The notes beneath the pieces were generated by a model that saw only the letters and a program-made list of their open reading frames with translations, was not told where the DNA came from and searched no databases. The position numbers and the translations under genes are program-made. From the human T2T-CHM13v2.0 reference genome, Homo sapiens, in the NCBI RefSeq assembly GCF_009914755.1, contig NC_060931.1: a DNA stretch of 64,000 nt. One strand, written 5' to 3'. Positions 26,958-39,615 of this stretch are shown piece by piece. Each line of letters opens with the position of its first letter. Position 1 is the first letter of the stretch.

Positions 26958-27399
26958 CCCAACTTTTAACTGAGTACTTTCGAAATAGGCTGAGTCCCAA
27001 GGGGTCAGTGGAACTTTCTTGTTCCACCTAGCATAGGCCTGAAACAGAGGCTCAGTCTTGGGACTCCTTCCTTCAGCCTGGAAGGAAGAAGTGAGGGAGA
27101 AAGGAAGAAAGTGATCACCAAGGCAGGCCTGGTGCCTAGAAGCTGAGCTTTGAGAAGCATACTTTAGTAACGCATTTTCTGTGTCCTCTCCTCAGTTAAC
27201 TCGTCTCTTGAATCTTTATTATTAAAAATTAACACCTGAACTGGTAATCTCAGTTCCTGCGGTCCCTCTCTGTATTTCAACTTTACATCAGCCACTTTTT
27301 TTAGTATTATAAACAGGAGATCTTTTAGACCCCTAGGCTTCCAGTTTTGATTGGCCGTCACCTTCTAGCTCCCTCATCTCATTACAGACTAAGCTGGAT

Positions 27400-27535
27400 G
27401 CATTAACTAGTTGCATAGTCTTGGACAAGTCACTTAAGTATTCTCAGCCTTAGTTTCCTCAGTTGTGCAGTGGGTCTCCTCACACCTACTCACTTAAGAA
27501 ATAAATGAAATAATGTGTGTGAGAGAGTTTTCTGA
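27400..27535 (+). mobile_element. MIR
   Basis: ttggacaagtcacttaagtattctcagccttagtttcctcagttgt. Confidence 0.75.
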
Positions 27536-27994
27536 ACAAGAAAATATTAGCTAAATATCATCTTTCCTTGTTGTACCCTTGTTTCTACAGGACACAGTTG
27601 GATCAGCGGATTCAGTGCTTTTCCTGGGATCTCTTACAGGTTCCCTCCATGCTTGTTGCCCTTGACTGATGGTATATTGGAACATTTGTACACAGTGGCC
27701 TTGAACTATAGTGGGCACTTGAAATGGCAACATTTTGTATTCTTCTAGGAACTACTGTTTTTCTTTGAAAAGCCAGGAATTTCACGGCTCCAGAGGAGGG
27801 GATGCAGAAGCTATTTCTTTTTATTTTCCCCTGTTAAATCAGTATAATGAGATTCTATGTGCATAGTAATCCTTAAGCTCTTTGCCTAGTTCCTTTTGCC
27901 CTAGGCACCTTGGAGTGATGGAATTGTAGTCAGTCAGACATGTGCAGTGTATTCACACATACACTTAGAGGGCTCCTCGTCTGCTCCCCCTAGC

Positions 27995-28270
27995 TAAGCA
28001 GCCCCTTTGAAATGTCTAATAAAATCCCTGCTCTTGTGCGCTGCATTGAAACAAAGCAGGCTCACGCAGTCCTGGAAATGAGCCCTGAGAGGTATTATTT
28101 CTATATGTCGGTCTTTATTTGCCTGTTTTGACAGTGTCGTACAATGAGGGTCCTGCTGCTGATGCAGCAGAATCACAAGGAGCCGTCTTTGCTGTGTAAA
28201 TTCTCCCTCAAAGGTCTGGCATTCGACCTGCCTGCTAAACCCTCTTTGAAACAATGCAATGACAAAATAT
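27995..28270. promoter_or_regulatory. Candidate enhancer with clustered TCF/LEF and SOX motifs
   Basis: CTTTGAA at 28005 and 28244, TCAAAGG at 28208, AACAAAG at 28050, ACAATG at 28141 and 28251, TGACAG at 28129. Several CpGs are retained and no repeat is recognisable. Confidence 0.4.
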
Positions 28271-28506
28271 TTTCTTCTTACTGATAATAGGCAGATTATA
28301 ATTGCTATAATTGCTTCTACCTCATTCTCTGAAGGGAGGAAAGTAGGGCTATGGAATGAGTGCTTAAAATTTTTATTTATCGTCTTAGAGATATAGATGG
28401 TTCATTTATTATACAGAAGTTTACATAGCAGCCTCTAAGTGTACGTTGTTTCTCAATAGTTGGAATTAAATTCGTACTTTTGGACTACTGTTTATTAAGA
28501 CATTCC

Positions 28507-28626
28507 CGGGAGGCTGAGGCAGGAGAATGGTGTGAACCTGGGAGGCGGAGGTTGCAGTGAGCTGGGTTTGTGCCACTGCACTCCAGACTGGGTGACAGAG
28601 TGAGACTCCGTCTCAAAAAAAAAAAA
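28507..28626 (+). mobile_element. 5'-truncated Alu right arm (Sc/Y-lineage diagnostic)
   Basis: gagaatggtgtgaacc. Perfect 10-bp TSD aagacattcc at 28497-28506 and 28627-28636. Confidence 0.93.
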
Positions 28627-31159
28627 AAGACATTCCTCCTTGGTGATGAATAACACCTGTGTGCCAAAAGGATTTTTCTCATTGGCTCTGATTAAGGGGA
28701 TATCCAGCCAATAACCGTAGCAAGCCTTAGGGTGAATTTTTGGCAATCTCCAGGTCTAGTCATTGCCTTATGGGCAGTCTGATGGCACCTTGGGCATTGT
28801 CTTATTGCCCTGAGCACAGGTGTTAGGGGCATGGAGTCTGATGAGCCGTGCTCTGCTGTCTACCCCCAGTCTGTTCTCCAGACCCCCTAACCAAACTTCT
28901 CATAGAGGTGACCATCACAAGGACCTGGTGTGTGGCTAGATCAGTGACAATTTATGACCACTTCTGGGGAAATAGCTCAGAGTGCACGTCCTTCGTGTGG
29001 TAGGTCCAAAATATTATCTTTGTATGTTCAAAGTAGCATAAGCTTTAGTTGCTGCTGTTGGTTTCAGGAGAATCACCTGGATGTCAGTGCCTTGGGGTTA
29101 TTAATAATGGTAAAAAACCAGTATGAGGGTGGAGCTTAGAAGTAGACCAAGACTTGTGAGTCATGCACTGCTTTTTAATTTGCAAGCTAAATAGGTGCTA
29201 AAACTCACCTACCCTGGCTGCTGAGATAGTCACTTTCTCCTGGTCCTCCTCTATTGTAAAGAGAAGAGGTTGGACTTAATGCCCTTCAAGGTCTTTTCTC
29301 TCTGACTTTCTGTGAAACTCCAAGGTGAGTCCTAAATTTTGTTTTGGTCTATAAATTTAAATGCTTCCCCTGCTGAGCTGCTTTGGGCTGAGAATAGAAT
29401 GGATGGAATTTACACCTTCTCTCTCTCTCTGTCCCATGTGATGCTTTGATTGGCTGCTAACAGAAGGGAAGGTGGTCAGAAGGCAAGGAAGCCTTGGCAA
29501 AGAGGAAGAGGAGTGAAAGTACTAAAGAATAGGAACAACTGGGGGTCAGCCCTGGAATAAAAAAGACTTCACAGGGCAGTTACTAGGCTTGCCTCACTCT
29601 TTGGAATCATGAGAGGTTTGCTAGGTATGTACTGTAAGGCCCGTGTGGCCAGAGACTGAGTCTTGGATTTACTCTTTTTGCCCTGACATTGCCTTGTGTA
29701 GCACTGGATATCATGTAGGTACTAATTATTTCTTCTTTACTTAACTTCCTGGAAACCGCTGCAATTGTCAAGTGAATAGAAGTGAATAGGACTGTTATAT
29801 TAAACATTATAGAGAAGGGTCCATGCTCACAGCATCTTCATCATTCCAAATATTGTGCTTGTTGAAGCAGAGAACCTTGTCAGGACAGTCATTGTACCAA
29901 CATTTACGAAATGAAAGCAAGAGCTATTAACCACTGTATAAGATTTGAGGATATTGTGCTTTCAAAGGAAGCAAAGAGGGTTTAAAATTACTCCAGTGGG
30001 ATATCTCTTTAGCCTCACTTAAGGATTGTTTAAAAGGAAATAGAAATAAAGATTGTTTCAAAAGAAAAAGAAATAAAGTTAGAGGTGAATAGATGGTATA
30101 TGTAAGAGCTTTATGTTTTGGTCATACTAAGTTTATTGTTAAGTTACAACAAAAAAATTGTTAACTATCATGTCTCCAGTTTTGCAGGATAATTTTCTTT
30201 TAATGTATTCCAAAAACTGACCTCAGAATTTGATGAAGTGTTAGACAAGATGACAAACAGAGAGACTGTTAGTAACGGGCAGAAGTCATTAGTCTCAGAC
30301 TCATATTCATTTGTTTGTGGTTATTGATTCTAGTCACTCCTATTCTTATCTCCATCCAAAAATAGGCATTAAACCCTAATCTCTTGTGGATGTTTGCTTT
30401 GTAGATTTAGGAGAATAAGAACATGTGACCATACCTGGTTAGCCATCTCAAGATTTGTTATGAGCTAGTTGACTTCAAGAGCCAGTGAGCTGGGTTGTGC
30501 AGGATACTTGTTACTGGATAATTCTACTTCAGATAGATGCTCTAGTTGCTCTGCTAAAATCCTCTGTTCTGTCAAGCCTGTCAGAGCCAGAGTGAAAAAA
30601 CAAAACAAACAAAAACAACAACAACAAAACCCTAGTAGAGTACCTGAACTCTAAATTACAGAGTTTAAGGACTGAAAATGACCTTGAGGATCCAGAGTAG
30701 GACTCTCAAACTCACATGTTCCTGGGGTAGACAGGTAGCAGAGTGAATGAATTGGACAACTATAAGCAATGGGGGAGACTGAAGAGACATTCAAATTTAG
30801 AAAATTTTAAGGACATTATACCTGCCTGACAAAGAGGTGTTTTTTTTTGTTGTTGTTGTTTTTTGTTTTATTTTCTGTCTCTGATGCTTGAATCAGGAGG
30901 ACAAAGAGCTCTGATGCTGATTCAGCTGCAATTTTGAGGACCCTTGACCCTAACTATCAGGTTATCTATTTCTGGTTTAAGGATGATGACCTGAGTTACA
31001 GGTAGGAAAAGGCATTTAACCAAGGAGAGACAGCTAGTGAGGGCTGGAGCCTGGGGCTCTGAGGTGTAGTCTGAGGTTCTTTCTCTACACCATGGTGATA
31101 TCTGAAGGGGAAGGCAGGAACACCTGGATTTCAATCAGGGATTTAAAAAAAACTTTCTA

Positions 31160-31300
31160 TTTTTTTAGAGAGGTATAATTAACATACAATCAAATGTACT
31201 CATCTTAAGGGATAACTTGATATATTCTTATGTGTGTGTCCTTTCATGTCACCACCACCCAGATCATCCCAAGATTCTCCTTGTGCTCTTTTCCAACATC
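31160..31300 (-). mobile_element. L1M 3'-end fragment
   Basis: gaggtataattaacatacaatcaaatgtactcatcttaag...accaccacccagatca. Confidence 0.65.
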
Positions 31301-33925
31301 CCCCACACCCCTGCACCGGAATCACAATTTACCAGGGAACCATGGCACTTTTCCTTCCACTTGCAGAGCTGGTCCGTCTGTCACTGGCCCAGTTCCTCCC
31401 CTCACCTCCCTCTCCTCAGATTCAATTGTAAAGAGCTATAGCAAACACAAGGGCACATGTTGCTTAATTTTTTTTTCCCACATAACCCAACAGAATCTTG
31501 GGTTTCTTTAAAGTAAGCTCTCTAATTATGCCAATGCCATTGACTCACCAAGTAGGATGCCAGGTCCCACAGGGTGTGTCCTTCACAGGGTTCTGAGGGT
31601 ACTGCTTCTTGCAATGTCAACTGCTTTATACAAAAGCATATTTAAGGTCACATGATATTTGCCAAGTTATTAATTATTCGGAGGCTACTTTTCCTCTGAA
31701 AGAACTTCAGATGTCCGATGTCATGATTTTATTAAATCAAAGACCCATATTTCATTGTAATGGACATGGCACTCAAAACCTGGGAATCGACTCATTGAAA
31801 ATGTAGCCAACACAACACTGAAAACAAAGCCCACCTCACAGGCAATGCAGCTTCCTTAAAAAAAATAGCTGATTCCCAGGCTGAAGCTGTTAAGCAGATT
31901 TTTATGCAGGGCTTCAAGTTACTAAAAAAGCAGGATTCAATATGCCTTTCTCTTTGATTTGTAGGAGGGGGTGGGAAGTAATGCTGCTGCTCTCCCCTTA
32001 CCCCCTTCAGAAGGGCTTTTACCATATTCTGAAAGCAATGCTTGAAGGACCCATAAATGGATTTTGGCTGTCTCCTAGTGCAGGGATTAACATAGAATTA
32101 TAGAAGTGTGCTGCATGGTGGTTGGGAAAATAGGGAGGATGCCATTCTCTTTTTGGAGGGACATGGTGCTCCCGTCTCTTGCCTGTGGATGTTCCCTATA
32201 AAGCAGCCTGTCACTGTGAAAAATGCACACACTGTACCATCTCACAGTTATAAAGGTTAAGTAAGCATCTTGAGCAGTGCCCCACTGCTTTTGTACTTTC
32301 CATAATGTCAGCCGATAAAGGATTATTGAAAAAGGCTTGCAAGGAGATAAAAGGCTTGCAGGTTGAGGTTAAACAATTGAAATTTTCTGTTCCCAGTGTA
32401 GTAAATTACCAATGGCAGATTTAACGTTTGTTAATTATTAGAGCAAAGTACTAAGGATTGTTTTCTTTTGCCTAATTAATTACCTCATCTGGAGTGGAAT
32501 GTTAATTCAGATAAATGATTATTTCTTAATACCTCTGAAGCTTTCCTTGGAATCTCCTAGAATTGCCAGTCCTGAAGTGTGGTTTCCTCACATTCTGGGG
32601 AAGATAGGGGATAGGTGACCAACGTGACTACTCTCTTGGCCTTTTTCCCGTCTCAGAAGATGGCAGGATAACTTGTTTAGACTTTTGGTGATGGAGTTGG
32701 TTTGCTGTTCTAGTTAGTAGAACATGAGTGTGCTTCCTGGAATCCTGTGCCTCATAACCAAGTTTTTGAGTTAGTCTCTCGTGTGGTTTTGAATTTAACA
32801 TTGAACATTCTTTTTACCTTTGGTAATTCTCAATTTGGGGCACCTGCCGTGAACATTAAAGATGGTATCCTTTGGAAAGGACACTCTAGTTTCTTAACTT
32901 GCTTTTTACCTTTAAGTTATTTTACCTCCTGATGTCTGTTCAGAATGCTAGAGGCAGGTTTTTATTCTTTCTTGGATCTAAACTATATCACCTCTAATAG
33001 TTGTGAATAGATAATATTCAAAAAAGGTAAAATCATGACTCATGCAGATATAAAATATCCACATGTCAAAAATTTTACTTATTTTAAATGAGGGAACCAG
33101 ATAGATGTTACAACAGGTACCAAGGAGAAATGAAAGAACCACAAATTTATATGGAATAAAGGAAATGAAAACGAACCCACAAATGAACACAAAACTTTTG
33201 GGGGAGGGTTGTTCCTCTAGGGGACAGAATGTATTTGCATAGCTATAGACACTTTTCAGAGTTGTAAAATCGCCCAGTCAGACACAAAGGTAAGTGTCCC
33301 TGTAGGATGAGACCATTTTCTGAAAGGAGGGCCATTAATCTCTTTTGCTTTTTTTTAGGGTCAGAAACTTCCCCTTAGACAGTTGTGTATGAGGTTTTAA
33401 TCCAGTTACTTAGGATGACATTGTATCTTCAAAGTAGATTAGAGATGAATTATGTGACTTATTTTTCTTTTTAGAAGGAAGCTTAAAGGTGACTTGGGGA
33501 GATGGGCTGGTAGATCTGGGCCATTGGAGGCGAGCTACAACCCATGTGACCAGTTACCCTGCACAGTCTCTACTCCTGATAAGGCACTTATTTTATGAGC
33601 ACTTTTCATAATGATATGAAAAGGCAGCGGGATTCTGTCTAAGATTATCTGGAGTGAAAGCTGGAGGCTGATATTAAATGGATAGTCCTGTTTTCTTTTG
33701 GTGCTGCCAAGCTGAGCTGTTTAAAATGATGCTTGGAAAAATGCCTCCTGAGCCAGGAAGTTGTCTGATTAGTGAAGAGATTTCCGAGACGTTTGGCTCA
33801 GAGACTACCCCATCATACCACACATGTTCTTTTCCACATTCACCTGAGTCTTCCAAAGATACGAGGACTCGGGGTGGTGATAGGGTGTACATTCTTACAT
33901 ACACATATGTGTATATTTGTATATA

Positions 33926-34257
33926 CAGTCTGTCTATCCATGGGTTCTGTATTAGTTGATTCAGCTAACCATGCATGGAAAGTATTTGAAGAAGAAAAAA
34001 AGGATGTTTGATTCTGTACTGAACATGTACAGACTTTTGTCCTTCTCATTATTCCCTAAACAATATAGTATAACAACCATTTACATACCATTTAAATTAT
34101 ATTAGGTATTATGTAAGTAATGTACAGATGATTTAAAACATATGGGAGGATGTGAGTAGGTTATATGCAAATTTTACAAAGGGACTTGAGCATTCGTGGA
34201 TTTTAGGATCTTGGGGGATGCTGGAACCAATCCCCCACAGATACAGCGGGACAACTG
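33926..34257. mobile_element. Tigger3a/MER2-family (TcMar-Tigger) MITE
   Basis: Ends cagtc...tatccatgggtt and ggaaccaatcccccacagatac...acaactg. TA on both sides (33924-33925, 34258-34259). Internal tgtactgaacatgtacagac. Confidence 0.9.
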
Positions 34258-36869
34258 TATTCATATAAATATATAGGCCAGAGATTGGCTTTAGGGGAGT
34301 CTGCAAAGTTCCATAATTATATGCATTTTTCTTAGGCAGTATTGTGTCTGTCAGATTCTCATAGTCTCCAAAAGTTTTATGATTCTTCAAAAGTTTAAGA
34401 ACTGCTTACAGAAACCATGCCCCCAGTAATTATTCTGAATCTATGTGTTACCACGTGTATGACTTAGAAGAAGTCTAGATGAAGGTTCCACCTAATTACA
34501 GAATCCACTGCTGTAGCCACAGCTGGATTGAGTTATGTGGCAGCCCTGCCCCAGAGCTGGGGAGGCTGCGTGTGTGCCCCTCCACACCTGAGTACATCCT
34601 GGGTGTGCTGAAATGAAGCCCAGGGAGATACAAAGCACCATAATGCCATTAAGGCCAGCACCCGTTGGGTAGGGGAGAGGCTGACCATACAGACTTCTGA
34701 CTTCTGCGTTTCATTCCCTGCTCTGAAACCTGTCCGTCTCTCAGGCTTGCAATCTGCCTTCCTGTCTCTCTGACAGACCTGTGACTTGGGCTATGGTTCT
34801 GATACCAGGAAATAATGCAGGGGTGGGAGTCTTAGTCCCAAGCAAAATAAATCACTGCTCCCATTAGACATTACAATGTTTAAACCCAAGTACATCTGTC
34901 TGCCTTCAAAACCAAGATTTAGAGCATGTCAAGCAGGTGCCATGCCTCCAATAACACATACTTTGTTCCAACATTTAGTAGATTACTGTGAGATTTTAAA
35001 TTCAAATTCTCAGACATTCACTTTGTTTAGGAAATAACTGCAATAAAGCAAATTGTCTCCTGTTCTTTTTTTCCCCCTACGGTGCAGCCAAGTGAGAGCA
35101 AATCAATTCCTAGTCAATTTTTTGTTGCTGTTTTCCTCCATGCTAGAGAAGAGATGATGCAGCTCTCTCCTGTTGCAGCCCTGTGCTGGGTGTGGTTCCC
35201 TCTCCTTAATTTGTCATCTGAAAGCAATTTTGTTCAATTAGAGATTAGAATTAAATTTCAGTTGTAGGGCTTCTGTGCAGAGGAAATGATGCATTAATGA
35301 ACACACAGATGTCATCTTGCAGCCATGATGCTTGCAGAACAGTTTCTTCAGGATTCAAATAATAAAAGGGGCCACAGCAGCAGGAGCATTGTTTACTGGT
35401 TGGCATACTAAGTGGAGGCTCACATTTATTTGCAAACCATTTATCATTCTGTATACTGAGAGGGAGAACATACTTTATTTAAAATATTTGAAATAATGAC
35501 TCTTAAAATCGGATAACAGAAGCATTAATGCCAGGTGCCATGCAGTAAATTGCATAATGCTGTTGGGTTGGCACTGACACTGTGATTTGTGTTGCTAATG
35601 ATCTATCCAAATAGATGGGAGTTGAGAATAAAAAGAGAATATTCCTGGAAAGAGACAAGGCAACTAGTGAATTAAAAGTGTAGTGAGAAAGGGAAAAAAT
35701 GTGTAGGATCGTATTTTACTTATTGGAAGACCCATCTGCTCTTCTGTACACACATTATGTAAGTTTCACTCTCTGTATTACAAATAACCTGCAGGGTGGA
35801 TAGGAAGTTCATATATCTGCCTTCAGCTGTTTTTTTCACTCACAGACGTGAATGAACAGAAAGATTTATGTCTTGTGTGTTGGATATTATAGGATGGTAG
35901 GTTTTTTTTTTTTTTTTAAGGGCGTTGTGTATTTAGACTGTGATATTCTGTGCACTGCTTTGCTTGAAGTGAGTGATGGCTGCGACTAAGAAGGCAGCAA
36001 GTGGGGAGTGGGAGTTTGGGGAGGTGGAAAAGGGTTTCTGTGAGACAATATTGGTTTGTCTGGTCTTTGGGCCTGGGCTACACACATGCCCTTTGACACT
36101 TATGGTTAAAGTGTTTATTTCCGAATGGTGCCCAGAGCTATGTTCAGTGTGTCCTGAGTCACTGTTGAATTTTTAAAATTTGGTAGTCTCTGTGCTGTCC
36201 AGAATTTCTTAGATGTGTTTTGAATACAGAGGGCTCTCAGTATCAGGTGGCATCCACGCTGGTCATTGATGTTGACAGGGATGAAATCTCACTTAAAACC
36301 CTCTAATTTCCTAGTTCAAGGACTCTTCCTTATTCCTCTTCCCCTGTTGCAAAAGGACCCTCTGATGTTGGTTAAGGGTTAATAGTTCTGTCCTTGAAAT
36401 GTTTTCTTTCTGCGACATCACATTTTTCTTTTGCTTTATCCATATCTTGTGCCAAGGCCATTCTCTTTCATTCTCATTTCCTTTTTAACCCCTGTGTGTA
36501 CTGCATCAAGTCCTATTTTGCTGTCTCTTCGAATTTAGAGACATCATCAGTGCATATCATCCATTATACAAAAAAGCCAGTAATAGCCCAATTTTTATTT
36601 CCTGTCCAAATTTTTCTCCTCAACTTCATATCCATATCTCTCTTCCAGAAATTTTATTAGAAGCACAATGTATCTAGGATAAAATGTACCCTCTCCCTAA
36701 CTCTTCCTTACCTTTTATAATGGTGCTTACGTTTTCCATGTCTTCCTACTTAAAATTGTATTCATGTTTGTAGTCTTCTCCCTGACTTCACTGCTCATGA
36801 GTTCTACCTTTTTCTTGTCTGTTATAAGTCCTTTCCTTTTCATTTCTTTTGCTACCTGCCTTGTCCAGA

Positions 36870-37320
36870 TCTTCCTTACACATCACCTGCAAGTAGCTGA
36901 TCATCCTCTTAACTGATCTGGTAGTTAATGGTGTCTTTTGCTCCCAAGCCTGCCTAGTCCTCTGCTCATCTACTTATTTCTGCCTACTACTCCAAAGCCT
37001 TCATTGGCTCCCCATTGCCCAAAAATGAATTCCAAACCTCCCAGTCCTGGTGATTAAGTAGTTCCCTCCCATACCCAAACAACCCAGCCCTGTCTTTTAC
37101 TAACTTTTCCTTATAGGTGTGTGTTTTGTTCTCCCTGTTCTCCCCTGTATGCCTTTCAAAACCCTGTCCTTGCTAAAGCCCAGCTTGGATGCCTTTTCTT
37201 GGAAACCTTCCATGATTGCCCCCCTGGAGTGTACTTTGTTGCTCTAGGTATAAATGACTACTGCACTTATGTTAAGGCACCTGTCACATACTGTAGGTAT
37301 TTAAGGACCTCCTCTCTCTG
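36870..37320 (+). mobile_element. L2 remnant
   Basis: ccttcattggctcccccattgcc...aaattccaaacc and cccagcttggatgccttttcttggaaaccttcc. Confidence 0.5.
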
Positions 37321-38633
37321 CTGGATGATCATCATTTTGATAGCATATTCCTTTTGTTTTCAACAGAGCTTTTTCTATTAATTTTAAATGCAATATACTG
37401 TTGCAAGTAGTAGTTGGAAAAAATCACAGAGCAAGCAAAGTTCTGGAATACAATTTTTAGGTCTTCCTCAACATTCCTGTCACAGTAGATGATGTACACT
37501 TACAGCAGAAGACGATGGTTAGAAAGGTAAGAGCCTAGGGTCTGAGTCAGCTTCAACTAGAATGTGAGAACTGAGATAGAAGGAATTATTTCCACCTTCC
37601 CGGGGATTTTCTAGCATAGCCTATGGGTTGTGGTTTGCCCAGCAACACCTTAATCTAGTTGCTTATGTTTAGTAAGCATTTACAGCCTGGGTTAGCCGGC
37701 TGGGGTTCAAGACTCTTGGCCTTTAGGCCAGTGCTTGATGCTTCTGTCAGCCTGGAAAAAGGACCCATGTATCACTCAGTGGTTCTTTAGCCAACTTGAG
37801 CAAGTAAAGAAGTCTAGGAGGCAGAGGTCTTCTGCCAGCTTCAGCCTTTAGGATTGTTAGGGTGATGTGGGGCCTGCTCTGGTGTGTCTCGTAAAGAGGA
37901 TGAAGGAGCAGTGAGAATTGTGTAGACTAGCAGTATCCTTTCATCTGCTTTGTTGTGAGCCAGCTTAGGTGGTCTTTTCTCTGCTATTAAAGGGGAATTC
38001 TGACTCCTTGAGTTGATGAGATGGAGTTTGGGAGGCAGATAGGCCTTGAGGACTTGGTGGGAGTTTGTAATCTGGGCGGCCTGGCTGAATTCATCACAAG
38101 GGTGGATTTTTAAATTGCCTTTTTTGCTCACCTACTCAAATTGAGTCACTGAGCAGTATACTTGTAGATGCTTTAACAAGTAGATTATATTGAATCACAT
38201 TTAATAGGAAGATGACTAACACAAGGGAGTTGTTTTATGTTTTAAAAACTGCTCACGTTCCTGAACTGCAGAAGCACCTGTTCTGTTACTTTTTAAAATA
38301 TGGTCGTGAATATTTTTCCCTTTTTGGTTTCCCCAGGGCAGTGATGTTCTGGTTCTGAGGTCTAGTACAGCATTTCCTTTTTGGCCTTTTGTCCTTGCTT
38401 AAATTCTCTTCCAATTCTTCCCTTCCAATCCACTGACCCAGGATTAGAGTACTAAAACCTCACTTGTTTTTCCTTATTTTTGTTCATCTAACTTAAGAGT
38501 GCGTGGCAAAAATCTTCCTTTGTTTTTAACTAAGCTCGTTACCTTCACCCTGGTTTCATAATGTGTCACCCTCCCTCTCTCCCCCTATTTTTTCCTCCTA
38601 AATTAAACCAACAGGAGTCATTTGAAATAGGCG

Positions 38634-38810
38634 CAGTGCCAGAATTAGCAAATAAAAATACAGGACACATAGATAAATTTGAATCTAGATAAACAAATAA
38701 TTATTTTTTAGTATAAGTATGTCTCATGCAATATTTGAGAATACTTACTCTAAAAAATCATATAGGAAATTCAGATTTAGCTGGGCATCCTGTATTTTAT
38801 CTAGTAACCC
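38634..38810. mobile_element. MER53 palindromic hAT MITE
   Basis: gccaga.ttagcaaataaaaatacaggac...tttagtataagtatgtctcatgcaatatttgagaatactta...ctgggcatcctgtattttatctagtaaccc. Confidence 0.88.
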
Positions 38811-39459
38811 TACATAGGCATATATTTGAAATAAAAATAAAATTTTACATTAAAGAAAACATTATAAAGAAGAAAAATTTAAGTTTATTGTGTGTTAAAT
38901 ATTCCCAATGCTTTCCTTACTGAAAAATGTAAGACTGTGGACAAATTATGAAACAGTTTGTGCATAAGATTTATAAGTTAGCTACCTAATGAAAAGCTTC
39001 TGTTGGCTATTGGAATCAGCCATTTATCCTAGGATTCAGCTTTATCTCTTTGCTAAGAAGATGCTCCTGATTTTGAGGTGAGAATATTTAGTGCAAGCGG
39101 TAGACCATTGTTACATATGATATATCACAAGCACCTGTGTCAAAAACAAATGTTGAAGTATTCAACAATTTTTTCCTCATTTAAATTGTGCCCAGCTCTC
39201 TTAGCTCAATTTCTTCTGGCATAAAGATTCTTAACACAAACAATTGGATGATGAAGACAGTAAATTCTTGATTGAGCGAAGTTTTTATCCAAGACTAGCT
39301 TCCCTCTGTCACCCAGGTTATATGTGGAGTACAAACTAATTATGAAGCTAAATCTTCCTCAGACCACATAAGTAAGTCTACTCCAAAGCTTAATAAAATG
39401 ATTCTGCAATATTTGTTCCATGCTTTGCTTTTTACCAAGCCTGTGCATACGTTCTGATT

Positions 39460-39615
39460 TGATTCTCCTGACAGTCTATGAGAGAACAGTGATGATTTGT
39501 CTCCTCATTTTATAAGAGATAAATTTGAAATTTTGATAGGTGAAATGGCTTGCTTAAGATCAAGCAAGACTTAAATCTTGATCTTAGGCCTTTTGGGCCA
39601 TTGCTCTTTCCACTA
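39460..39615 (-). mobile_element. MIR
   Basis: tctcctgacagtctatgag...cctcattttataagagataaa...gcttgcttaagatca. Confidence 0.55.

Noticed and set aside
27560-27680. Acceptor at ttctacag with a possible exon
   Set aside because: The peptide is unrecognisable, there is an in-frame stop and the donor is weak.
34540-34569. GC-rich mini hairpin gcagcc..ccccag/ctgggg..ggctgc
   Set aside because: Too short for a pre-miRNA and has no snoRNA or tRNA hallmarks.
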